From assembly GCA_017962315.1 (NCBI GenBank), contig JAGCVN010000106.1:1-63099 (forward strand): a stretch of 63,099 nucleotides of DNA, read 5' to 3'. The translations under genes and the position numbers were made by a program. Shown in pieces: positions 1-8,081 of this stretch; positions within the stretch are counted from its first letter, which is position 1; each line of letters starts with the position of its first letter. The notes beneath the pieces were generated by a model. That model worked only from the letters and a program-made list of their open reading frames with translations, had not been told where the DNA came from and did not search any database. The stretch comes from Kiritimatiellia bacterium. GTDB lineage: Bacteria > Verrucomicrobiota > Kiritimatiellia > RFP12 > UBA1067.

Positions 1-64
1 CCGCGAACGGAATGTTCTCGAGTTCTCCCAGTATTTCGGCCCTGCGGCGCTTTTGTTCTTTCAT
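1..64 (-). CDS. 5' end of a gene running off the window edge (MKEQKRRRAEILGELENIPFA...), product unknown
   Basis: ATG at 64 on the minus strand, open to the window edge, with a TTGACA-17-TATTCT promoter immediately upstream. Confidence 0.45.
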   Translation of the reverse strand, partial: MKEQKRRRAEILGELENIPFA

Positions 65-71
65 GTTCTAT

Positions 72-100
72 AGAATACCAAAGAATATGGCGTTTGTCAA
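72..100 (-). promoter_or_regulatory. Sigma-70-type promoter, probably for a leaderless transcript
   Basis: Minus strand TTGACA (100-95), 17 nt spacer, TATTCT (77-72); ATG only 7 nt downstream. Confidence 0.55.
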
Positions 101-220
101 TGGGGTTTTGAAAGTTTTTGCAGAAAAATCTCGTTGCACCCGTGTGTGCCCATCGATTTACTTTTTCATTGAAATACGGGAGGGTATCTGCTATGTTTGT
201 CTCCTTGAAAGGATTTATCT

Positions 221-2380
221 ATGCACACGATTCGCTTGCTTGGTCTGATTTCCTGTTCGGTTTTGTGCGGAGCCGCCGCCGACGACGGGATGTTCCCGTT
301 CGTGCCGTCGTACGATTCGCCGGACAACGTGGTGAACATGAGCCACCTGCTCTCGGCCCCCGCCGGGAAGGACGGGCGCATCCGTGTGGAGGGCGGGCAC
401 TTCGTGAACGACAAGGGGCGCTTCAAGCTCCACGCGACGAACCTCACCGGCCCCTCGAACTTCCCCACGCACGAGGAGGCGGAGCGCCTTGCCGCGCGTC
501 TCGCCCGTTTCGGCATCAACTGCGTGCGCCTCCACTACTTCGACAGCTCCTACGGCTCGTTCATGCTGCCGCGGGAGAAGGGCATCATCGACGAGAGCGG
601 CGGCACGCGCCGCACGTTCGACCCCGAACGCCGCGACCGCCAGGACTACCTGATCGCGCAGTTCAAGAAGCGCGGCATCTACGTGAACATCAACCTCCAC
701 GTCGCGCGCTGGGTCGGCGAGGCGGACGGCGTCCCGCCCAACTCGGGGCGCATGAACAAGGGATCCAACCAGTTCTATCCGCTGCTCGTCAAGCTGCAGA
801 AGGAGTACGCGAAGGAGCTGCTGTCGCACGTGAACCCCTACACCGGCATGAACTACCTCACGGATCCCGTCGTCGCCGTCGTGGAGCTGAACAACGAGGA
901 GTCCCTGTGGCGCAAGTACAGGTCGGGCGGCCTTGACAGCCGCGACGACGCCTACGGCAAGTGCTTCAAGAAGCTCTGGAGCGACTGGCTCGTGAAGAAG
1001 TACGGCACCACGGAGAAGGCGCGCGCGGCGTGGAAGCTAGCCGAGAAGCCCCTGCCGTTCCTCGACAAGTTCCGCATCGAGAACGGCGACTACCCGCTCG
1101 TGCACAGCAAGCGGTCGCGCGCACCGATGGAGATGAAGCGCGACTTCTACCAGTTCGTCACGGACGTCGAGCACGACTTCTGGACCGGGATGCACAGCTA
1201 TCTCAAGAAGGACCTCGGCCTCGCGGCGCCCGTCGCCGCCACGCAGCTCAACTACTCCACGCCGCATCTCATGGCGGAGATGGACTACGTGGACAACCAC
1301 TCCTACTGGTGCCACCCGAGCGTGAAGCCCGAATGGCAGATCGGCAACAAGGCGATGGTGAACAGCAAGGCGAGCCGCATTGTCTGGCTGGCGGGCCAGC
1401 GCGTCCTGGGCAAGCCCTACACGATCAGCGAGTACAACCACCCGTATCCGAACTTCTACGGCGCGGAAGGACAGCCCATGCTCCGCGCCTACGGCGCGCT
1501 GCACGGCTGGGACGGCGTGTTCGAGTATTCCTACAACAACCGCCAGGCCGCCGAGCCGGACCACAACTACTACTTCTTCTCGATGGCGGCGCGCACGGAT
1601 CTGCTCGCCCACTTCCCCGCCTGCGCCGCGATGTACCTGCGCGGCGACGTGAAGGAGAGCGCCACGCCGTATGTCGCGAACCTCCCCTACAACGAGTACT
1701 TCGACCGCTTCGTGAACAAGGGACCGCTCGCGCAGGGCATCTTCTCCGCGACGGACGGCAAGGTTCCGCAGGAACTCTCCCTCGAACGCAAGACGGCGGT
1801 GGACCTCTCCGGCAAGTCGAAGCAGATCGCCTGCCACATCCCGGACAAGGACCAGAAGACGTTCACGAGCGACACGGGCGAGATCGTCCTCAACGGCGAG
1901 ATCGCGGGCGCGGCGTTCTGGACCGTCAACACGCCGAACACCAAGGTGTTCTCCGGGTTCACGAAGGGACGGACGTTCGACCTCGGCGGCGTGAAGCTCC
2001 AGGTCGGCGAGACGAAGCTCGGCTGGGCGACGGTCTCGCTCACGTCGCACGATGCGACGGGCTTTGGCGAGGACGGCCGCCCCGCGCGCATCCTCCTTGC
2101 GGCGACGGGACTCTGCCACAATGGCGGCGCGAAGTTCACGCACGAGGGCGACAACATCCACTGCCGGGGCGCGGACTGGGGGAAGGGCAAGACCGTGAAC
2201 GAGGGCATCCCCGCCACGATCACGTTGCCGTCGAAGGCCGCCGCCACGAAGTGCTGGGCGTTGGACGAACGCGGCGAGCGTACGACGGTTGTGCCGGTGT
2301 CGGCGGGAGCGGACGGGCTTGCCGTCGTGAACGTCGGCCCGCAGCATCGTACCGTCTGGTATGAAATCGCGGTAAAGTAA
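221..2380 (+). CDS. Secreted clan GH-A (GH5-like) glycoside hydrolase
   Basis: 719 aa with signal peptide; GINCVRLH, NPYTG, ELNNEE (acid/base) and ISEYNHP (nucleophile) motifs; strong GC3 bias. Confidence 0.8.
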   Translation: MHTIRLLGLISCSVLCGAAADDGMFPFVPSYDSPDNVVNMSHLLSAPAGKDGRIRVEGGHFVNDKGRFKLHATNLTGPSNFPTHEEAERLAARLARFGINCVRLHYFDSSYGSFMLPREKGIIDESGGTRRTFDPERRDRQDYLIAQFKKRGIYVNINLHVARWVGEADGVPPNSGRMNKGSNQFYPLLVKLQKEYAKELLSHVNPYTGMNYLTDPVVAVVELNNEESLWRKYRSGGLDSRDDAYGKCFKKLWSDWLVKKYGTTEKARAAWKLAEKPLPFLDKFRIENGDYPLVHSKRSRAPMEMKRDFYQFVTDVEHDFWTGMHSYLKKDLGLAAPVAATQLNYSTPHLMAEMDYVDNHSYWCHPSVKPEWQIGNKAMVNSKASRIVWLAGQRVLGKPYTISEYNHPYPNFYGAEGQPMLRAYGALHGWDGVFEYSYNNRQAAEPDHNYYFFSMAARTDLLAHFPACAAMYLRGDVKESATPYVANLPYNEYFDRFVNKGPLAQGIFSATDGKVPQELSLERKTAVDLSGKSKQIACHIPDKDQKTFTSDTGEIVLNGEIAGAAFWTVNTPNTKVFSGFTKGRTFDLGGVKLQVGETKLGWATVSLTSHDATGFGEDGRPARILLAATGLCHNGGAKFTHEGDNIHCRGADWGKGKTVNEGIPATITLPSKAAATKCWALDERGERTTVVPVSAGADGLAVVNVGPQHRTVWYEIAVK

Positions 2381-2397
2381 AGGCAACGCCGCCGGAA

Positions 2398-3402
2398 TCA
2401 CAGACACAGGGCTTTGCGCGTGGCGGTGGCAAGAGGGAGAGCGTCGGGAAGGGCAAAAACACACCCGTTTCCCGGCTTTCCCGAAGCCTTCACATCGTAA
2501 ACATGGAACTGCAGCCTGAAGTGCGAGAAGACGTGCGTCACCGTTCCCGCGTATCGGACGGAGGTTGGTGACAGTCCCGTCCTCGCCTGGAACACCGGGC
2601 GGGCGGAAACAGCCGTCGTTTTTTTCTCCGCCTCCCGGTTCGGCAGTTCCCACAACCCGCCGAGCAAGCCGTCAGGCGGACGCTGCACGAGCAGGAAACG
2701 ACCTTGACCGTCCGAGAGCCGGAACGCGAGCGCATGGCGTTCGGGAATGGTTTTCTTCGCCCTCCGTTCCGGAAATTGTTCTTCCACGCCGGCGGCGTGG
2801 GCAAGGCACGTTTGGGAAAAGGGGCAGTGGGAACATTTCGGCGAACGGGGAAGACAGACGGTCTCACCCAGTTCCATCATAGCTTGATTGAACTCGCCCG
2901 GCTGTCCCGAACGGTCGATAAACGGCTGTAGCCAGCCGGCCAATCGTTCGCGTGCCGGTGCCCCCCTGGTGTCGCCGGAAAGTCGGCAAAGCCGAGCCAC
3001 GACACGGGAGACGTTTCCGTCCACGACGGGCGCGGAGACGCCCAGGCAGACGCTTGCGATAGCGGCCGCGGTATACGGTCCGACGCCGGGCAATGCCCGC
3101 CATCCCTCAATCGTATCGGGAAGGGAACGGATGGATTCGGCGGCGCGTTTCAGATTCCGGGCCCGACTGTAATAGCCAAGCCCTTCCCACGCTTTCAACA
3201 CGTCCTGCATCGGCGCGGCAGCAAGCGACTGAAACGTGGGAAACGCCTCCATGAACCGGGTGAAATACCCGTAGACGGTTTCCATCCGCGTCTGTTGCAA
3301 CATGATTTCGCTGACCCAGACGGCGTAGGCGTCCGGATTGCCGCGCCAGGGCATGGCGCGCTTATTGGCCTGATACCAGGCAAGCAGCCGTTTGACATCC
3401 AT
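2398..3402 (-). CDS. mutY: A/G-specific adenine DNA glycosylase
   Basis: VWVSEIMLQQT, WEGLGYYSRARNL, HhH LPGVGPYTA, VDGNV, Fe-S CxxxxxxCxxCxxxxxC, NUDIX-like C-terminus GGLWELP. Confidence 0.95.
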   Translation of the reverse strand: MDVKRLLAWYQANKRAMPWRGNPDAYAVWVSEIMLQQTRMETVYGYFTRFMEAFPTFQSLAAAPMQDVLKAWEGLGYYSRARNLKRAAESIRSLPDTIEGWRALPGVGPYTAAAIASVCLGVSAPVVDGNVSRVVARLCRLSGDTRGAPARERLAGWLQPFIDRSGQPGEFNQAMMELGETVCLPRSPKCSHCPFSQTCLAHAAGVEEQFPERRAKKTIPERHALAFRLSDGQGRFLLVQRPPDGLLGGLWELPNREAEKKTTAVSARPVFQARTGLSPTSVRYAGTVTHVFSHFRLQFHVYDVKASGKPGNGCVFALPDALPLATATRKALCL

Positions 3403-3405
3403 ATG

Positions 3406-3903
3406 TTAGTCCGTCCGGACAGATAATGCCATGAGCAGCAAGGACAACGCCTGTACGACCGTCTGTCTCCGGATATTTTCGCGGCTTCCCTCGAAAATAA
3501 AACGTCTCGCGGACGTTCCCCGGGGCGAGGCAATCCCGATGTAGACGACGCCTACGGGATCCTTCTCCGTGCCGCCGCCGGGACCTGCGAACCCCGTCAC
3601 GGAACAGGCAAGCGAACACCGCAGAACGCGGCGGGCTCCGTCGGCCATCGCCTCGGCGCAATCCGCGCAGACGGGGCCCTGCTCGTCCAGGATCCGCTGC
3701 GGGACACCCAGCACATCGTGTTTCACGGCGGTGGCGTAACTTACGACACCGCCCCGGAAGACGTCTGAAGCCCCCGGCACGGAGGTGAGCTGGGCGGCAA
3801 TCATGCCGCCCGTGCAGGACTCTGCCGTACCCAGCGTAAGGTGTTTGTCGCGGCAGAGGGAAATGAGGTCCTTCGCCAATTCCTGATAGACGACGTCGGC
3901 CAT
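3406..3903 (-). CDS. CinA/PncC family nicotinamide-nucleotide amidohydrolase
   Basis: TAESCTGG, VPGASDVF, VTGFAGPGGG, PVGVVYIG motifs. Confidence 0.9.
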   Translation of the reverse strand: MADVVYQELAKDLISLCRDKHLTLGTAESCTGGMIAAQLTSVPGASDVFRGGVVSYATAVKHDVLGVPQRILDEQGPVCADCAEAMADGARRVLRCSLACSVTGFAGPGGGTEKDPVGVVYIGIASPRGTSARRFIFEGSRENIRRQTVVQALSLLLMALSVRTD

Positions 3904-3911
3904 CGTGCCCC

Positions 3912-5072
3912 CTAGCGTTCAAGCGTGATGCCGCGCCGCATGTAGGTCGGCTCGTCGTAATCGCACCCGTTGAAAACAGTCGCCTCCGTTTTCTGGAAAC
4001 GCCCCTTCCCGATCGGCCCGAAATTAAGCCCGCTCCCTTTATTCACGCGAGCCTTGCCGCCGGTGGATTTCGGCAGGATCTGAATCTGGCTGCCGTCAAA
4101 AACAGGAGGCGCCTTGACGTCCGTGACATACGAGAACCCCATCACGACAAGTTCGATTTTCCCGTCGAAAGCGGCATCCTGGACCGTCCCCATTTCCACA
4201 CGGCAACCGGATTTGCGCAAGCCGTCCAGCGCACCCATGATACGCCCGATCTCCGCCAGCCGGAGATCCTCACCGGAGAGGATACCCACGAGCACCGCAT
4301 TGCAGACCTTCAACTTTTCCCCGTTACGGAACAACTTGCACGACGCCAAACGCCGGACCACGGCATCGGCTCGGTCTGCCCCCGTCGCGGAAGCGACGCC
4401 GAGACAGGTCTTTCCGCCGCGGATCACGAGGCTGTGGAGGCGCTCGGCGTCCAGCCGGATGAAACCGGGCGAGAAAAGCATCCGCCAGAACAGGGTGAGC
4501 GCCGCGACGAGTTGTTCCGACGCGGCGGCCTGCGCGTCCGCGAGCAACGTCTCGTCGTTGGCGGCAAAGAGCGTGTCCTGGTCGATGACCAACAGGGAAT
4601 CGGCGTTCTCTTCAATCAGGGAGACGGCCCGTTCCGCCGTTTCGATACGCGGGCTTCCCTCGAAGGAAAACGGTTTGACAAGGAGGCAGAAGGTGGTAAG
4701 CCCGTTTTCATGAAGCTTCTTGACGATCTCGCTCGTCGCGCCGCTCCCCGTCCCGCCGCCGAGACAGGAGACAACCATGACCGTGCGGGTGTCCTGCGTA
4801 CGGTTCAAGATGTTCTCCCAATCGTCGCGGGCGGCCTGGCGACCTTCGTTGAAATCGCCTCCCGCGCCGTGCCCCGCGAGACGGGAACCGCCCAGCAGCA
4901 GAAACGGCAGGGGAGCCGATCCTTCCTCCGCCGGAAGGTCGGTCGCGGAATCCGTGTCGACGCAGAGCGTGCGCATCGTTTCGCCGAACGCCTTGCGCGT
5001 TTCCCGGATCAGGCGGCAAGCACCGCCGCCGACACCCAGAAGCAAAAGTCCCGCCTTTTTCGATTCGCTCAT
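3912..5072 (-). CDS. ftsZ: Cell division protein FtsZ (divergent)
   Basis: GVGGG, GAGG, tubulin signature GGGTGSG, PFSFEG, C-terminal DEPTYMRR peptide; directly downstream of ftsA. Confidence 0.88.
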   Translation of the reverse strand: MSESKKAGLLLLGVGGGACRLIRETRKAFGETMRTLCVDTDSATDLPAEEGSAPLPFLLLGGSRLAGHGAGGDFNEGRQAARDDWENILNRTQDTRTVMVVSCLGGGTGSGATSEIVKKLHENGLTTFCLLVKPFSFEGSPRIETAERAVSLIEENADSLLVIDQDTLFAANDETLLADAQAAASEQLVAALTLFWRMLFSPGFIRLDAERLHSLVIRGGKTCLGVASATGADRADAVVRRLASCKLFRNGEKLKVCNAVLVGILSGEDLRLAEIGRIMGALDGLRKSGCRVEMGTVQDAAFDGKIELVVMGFSYVTDVKAPPVFDGSQIQILPKSTGGKARVNKGSGLNFGPIGKGRFQKTEATVFNGCDYDEPTYMRRGITLER

Positions 5073-6268
5073 TTCTTAAACCATCCTTTCACGATCTCCA
5101 ACAATCCCTTCTTTCCGACCTTCTCCGCCTCGTTTCGCAAACCATACTGGACAAGGCCGACAGCCGTCGCGTAGGAGGCAGGCTGTTCTAGGTCTTCGAC
5201 GCCCGTGACGTTCTGGAGCGTAGCGATGGTGCAGGGCAGGGAGAAAACGTTCTGTGCCAGCTCTTTCACCTTCTTCAGGTAAGCGCCGCCGCCGCAGAGC
5301 ACCACGCCGCCGCCAAGATTCGGCAATACGTCCTGCTCCTCCAGAATGTCGCGCAACACGCGGAACAACTCGTCCATCCGGGCGTTGATCACCGTATGGA
5401 GCGACTTGCGGCTGATCGACCTCGGTGCGAACCCCTTCTCCACAGGAAGGTTGACACGTTCGCCGTTGCTCTCCTGGTCGACAAGGGCGCTACCCTCGCG
5501 GCGCTTGATCTCCTCGGCATGGTTGTGCGCGATCTTGAACGCCAGCGCGATGTCGTTCGTCACGTGGTCGCCCCCCAGCGCGATCGACCCCGCGGCCGCG
5601 ATCACGTTTTCACGGAAAGCGACATAGTTCGTCGTTCCGCCTCCCAGGTCGATCATCACGACGCCGTTACTTTTCTGCTGCGGCGTAAGCGTGGCGATCG
5701 CCGCGCAGATTCCGCCGAAAACGGTGTCGCTGACTTCCAGCTGGCACTTGTGAACGGCGTTCATCATGTTGTCGAGGCGGTTCTGGAGCGCGTCAATCGC
5801 CAGGATGTCCAGCTGCAGGACTTTGCAGCGCATCCCGACCGGACGGATAATGCCCGGCTGGTCATCCACCTTGAAAGACTGGCGGATGGTGTGGAGCAAC
5901 ACGCGGCCGTCCTCGATTTTGACGTTGTTTGCAAGCTCTGTGACATCCTGCACATCCTCCGGCGTGATGTCGGCGTCGCCAAGCGAGAGGACGCCCGGAT
6001 TGACCTTGCTGTGGATATGCCCGCCCGAAACCGCGACCAACACCTGCCAGACGTTGATGTTGGCGTTCTCTTCGAGCTGGTGGACGGCGCGGTCGATGCA
6101 GACCTGCACCTGCTCCAGATCGACGATCTGCCCCTTTCGCACGCCGGTCGTCGGATACGTCCCCGTTCCGAGGATGTTGACCTTTCCCTGCTCGCCCTGT
6201 TCGCCCACGCAAAGGACGGTGCGCGATGTACCGATTTCAAGCCCCGCAATGATGAGTGATTTCGACAT
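5069..6268 (-). CDS. ftsA: Cell division protein FtsA
   Basis: GLEIGTS, IDLGGGTT, GGDHVTNDIA, AEEIK, VLCGGGA, C-terminal amphipathic helix ending KGWFKK. Confidence 0.95.
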   Translation of the reverse strand: MSKSLIIAGLEIGTSRTVLCVGEQGEQGKVNILGTGTYPTTGVRKGQIVDLEQVQVCIDRAVHQLEENANINVWQVLVAVSGGHIHSKVNPGVLSLGDADITPEDVQDVTELANNVKIEDGRVLLHTIRQSFKVDDQPGIIRPVGMRCKVLQLDILAIDALQNRLDNMMNAVHKCQLEVSDTVFGGICAAIATLTPQQKSNGVVMIDLGGGTTNYVAFRENVIAAAGSIALGGDHVTNDIALAFKIAHNHAEEIKRREGSALVDQESNGERVNLPVEKGFAPRSISRKSLHTVINARMDELFRVLRDILEEQDVLPNLGGGVVLCGGGAYLKKVKELAQNVFSLPCTIATLQNVTGVEDLEQPASYATAVGLVQYGLRNEAEKVGKKGLLEIVKGWFKK

Positions 6269-6283
6269 TCTGTTCCTCCCCTC

Positions 6284-7150
6284 CTACTCCAGCACGACCG
6301 GCATGGCGTAAATCCGGTCCAACGTGGCGTCCCATATCTGCCTGCCGCGCCCGATCGCGCTACCCATAGCTTTCGCCAGATTGTCCAGCTTCTCCTTAAG
6401 GTAAATATCGGAATCGCCCCGCTTCATGGAAGGGTTGTTCATCCCCTTCCAGGCGAACCTCGCCTTCCGGTAGTCGGAAAACGTCAGCAGCAGGTAATCC
6501 TCCTTCTGGGCGTTCACCTCCACCAGGCGGAGCGGGAAATCCGGCCGCTGGGCGTTGATCACCGTCTCGATCGCAGCCATCTCCATTCCGCTCAATTGGT
6601 CGCCCGGCTTCGCCTGCGCGAACTCGTCGGAAACGCGGATCACCGGAAGCATCGCGATATCGGCATACCGCATGAAGATCACGCCCGTTTCGTCGGAGAC
6701 CAGACCGCGCGCGCCGGCTGAAATCCGTGCGACAGGTTCGCGTTCGACAATCGTCACATCCAGCTTGTCCGGAAGCGTCCGCTTGATGCGAACGTCTCGG
6801 ATGTTCGGCGTCTGCATCAAGTCTTCGCGGCGTTGATCGATGTCCACCGAGAACTGATTCACGCCGTTCGAGATTCCGAACCGCTCCAGGATCAAATCCG
6901 GCTTGATCATCTTTCCGCTCGTGATGGTGACATCCTTGTGGACATCGGAGATGACAAAGAGCGAGCGCGTCTTGAAATAATAATTTTTGAACAGGGTCCA
7001 GCTCCCGTAGAGCAGCAGGACCGTCCCCAGAAGGCATCCACCCCAGACCAACAGAAACCTCGCGGCGGGGGGAAGCTCGCGAACCCCCGTCGTCCGGCGT
7101 CCGCCGGCCGTCCGCTTGTTCCTGTTCACGTTTTTTTTGAACAGGTTCAT
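6284..7150 (-). CDS. ftsQ: Cell division protein FtsQ/DivIB
   Basis: Start reassigned to ATG 7150 (MNLFKK, GGAG RBS, just after the ddl stop); single TM segment, POTRA-like IKRTLPDKLDVTIVEREPVA; located between ddl and ftsA. Confidence 0.85.
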   Translation of the reverse strand: MNLFKKNVNRNKRTAGGRRTTGVRELPPAARFLLVWGGCLLGTVLLLYGSWTLFKNYYFKTRSLFVISDVHKDVTITSGKMIKPDLILERFGISNGVNQFSVDIDQRREDLMQTPNIRDVRIKRTLPDKLDVTIVEREPVARISAGARGLVSDETGVIFMRYADIAMLPVIRVSDEFAQAKPGDQLSGMEMAAIETVINAQRPDFPLRLVEVNAQKEDYLLLTFSDYRKARFAWKGMNNPSMKRGDSDIYLKEKLDNLAKAMGSAIGRGRQIWDATLDRIYAMPVVLE

Positions 7151-7151
7151 C

Positions 7152-8051
7152 TCATGCTCCGTACTTCGCAAGGGAAAGCAGTTTTTCGCAGAGTTGCGGG
7201 AACGTGTACCCCGCGCGCCCCGCCGCCTTGGGCAGAAGGCTCGTCTCGGTGAATCCCGGAATCGTGTTGATCTCCAGCACATACGGGACGCCTTCCGGCG
7301 AGACGCGGAAATCGACGCGGGAAACCCCGCGGCAACCGACCGCATGAAACGCCTCCACCGCAAGTTTCTGCGCCCGCGCGAGAAGCGGCTTGTCCGCTTC
7401 CGCCTCCGGGAACACGTAGTTCGTCAACCCGTGCGTGTACTTCTCCGCAAACCCGTACCAACCGTCGCGCGCCTGGATTTCAATCACCGGCAACGCTTCG
7501 CCGTCCAGCACGCTCACCGTCCACTCGCGTCCGGGAATGTACCGCTCCACCAACGCACGGCCTTCCGGGTCGGGCAGACGCGCCAGCCTCAGGGCTTCTG
7601 CCCACTGTCCCGCCTCCGTCACCTTCGAGACACCGACGCTCGAACCGTCCGCCGGCGGTTTGACGACCAGCGGAAGTTCCATCGTGGTCGCGTCCATGCC
7701 ACGTTCCAGAACTTCGTACGGCGCCGTTCGGACGCCGGCCGCCTCGAGCCGTTGTTTCGTCGCGACCTTGTCCATCGTGATCCGGCTCGCCGCCGCGCCT
7801 GGCCCCGTGTAGGGAATCCGGCGCTTGTCCAGATCCGCCTGAACGCCGCCATTCTCGCCGTACCCCCCGTGCAGGGCAAGGAACACCGACTGAATCCCCT
7901 CCGGCAGGGCATCCAGATTGTCCGCGTCCAGCACGACCGGAACGATCTCGTTCTGTCCCGACTGTCTCAACGCCTCGACCACGGCGGCGCCTGATTTGAG
8001 CGAGACTTCCCGTTCGCTCGACGTACCGCCCATCAATACTGCAACTTTCAT
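7152..8051 (-). CDS. ddl: D-alanine--D-alanine ligase
   Basis: GGTSSEREVSLKSG, LHGGYGENG, KPPADGSSVG, SRVDF, LEINTIPGFT. Confidence 0.96.
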   Translation of the reverse strand: MKVAVLMGGTSSEREVSLKSGAAVVEALRQSGQNEIVPVVLDADNLDALPEGIQSVFLALHGGYGENGGVQADLDKRRIPYTGPGAAASRITMDKVATKQRLEAAGVRTAPYEVLERGMDATTMELPLVVKPPADGSSVGVSKVTEAGQWAEALRLARLPDPEGRALVERYIPGREWTVSVLDGEALPVIEIQARDGWYGFAEKYTHGLTNYVFPEAEADKPLLARAQKLAVEAFHAVGCRGVSRVDFRVSPEGVPYVLEINTIPGFTETSLLPKAAGRAGYTFPQLCEKLLSLAKYGA

Positions 8052-8081
8052 TCTTCCAATCCTCTCCGGCGGATAAACCGC

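Noticed and set aside
6284-7363. Extended N-termini in the ORF track (ftsQ 7363, hsp20 11408, EEP 32431, GH95-like 39745, DMT 51647, rsmE 56519)
   Set aside because: They overlap upstream genes or intergenic DNA; downstream ATGs with an RBS, translational coupling or a signal peptide are better starts
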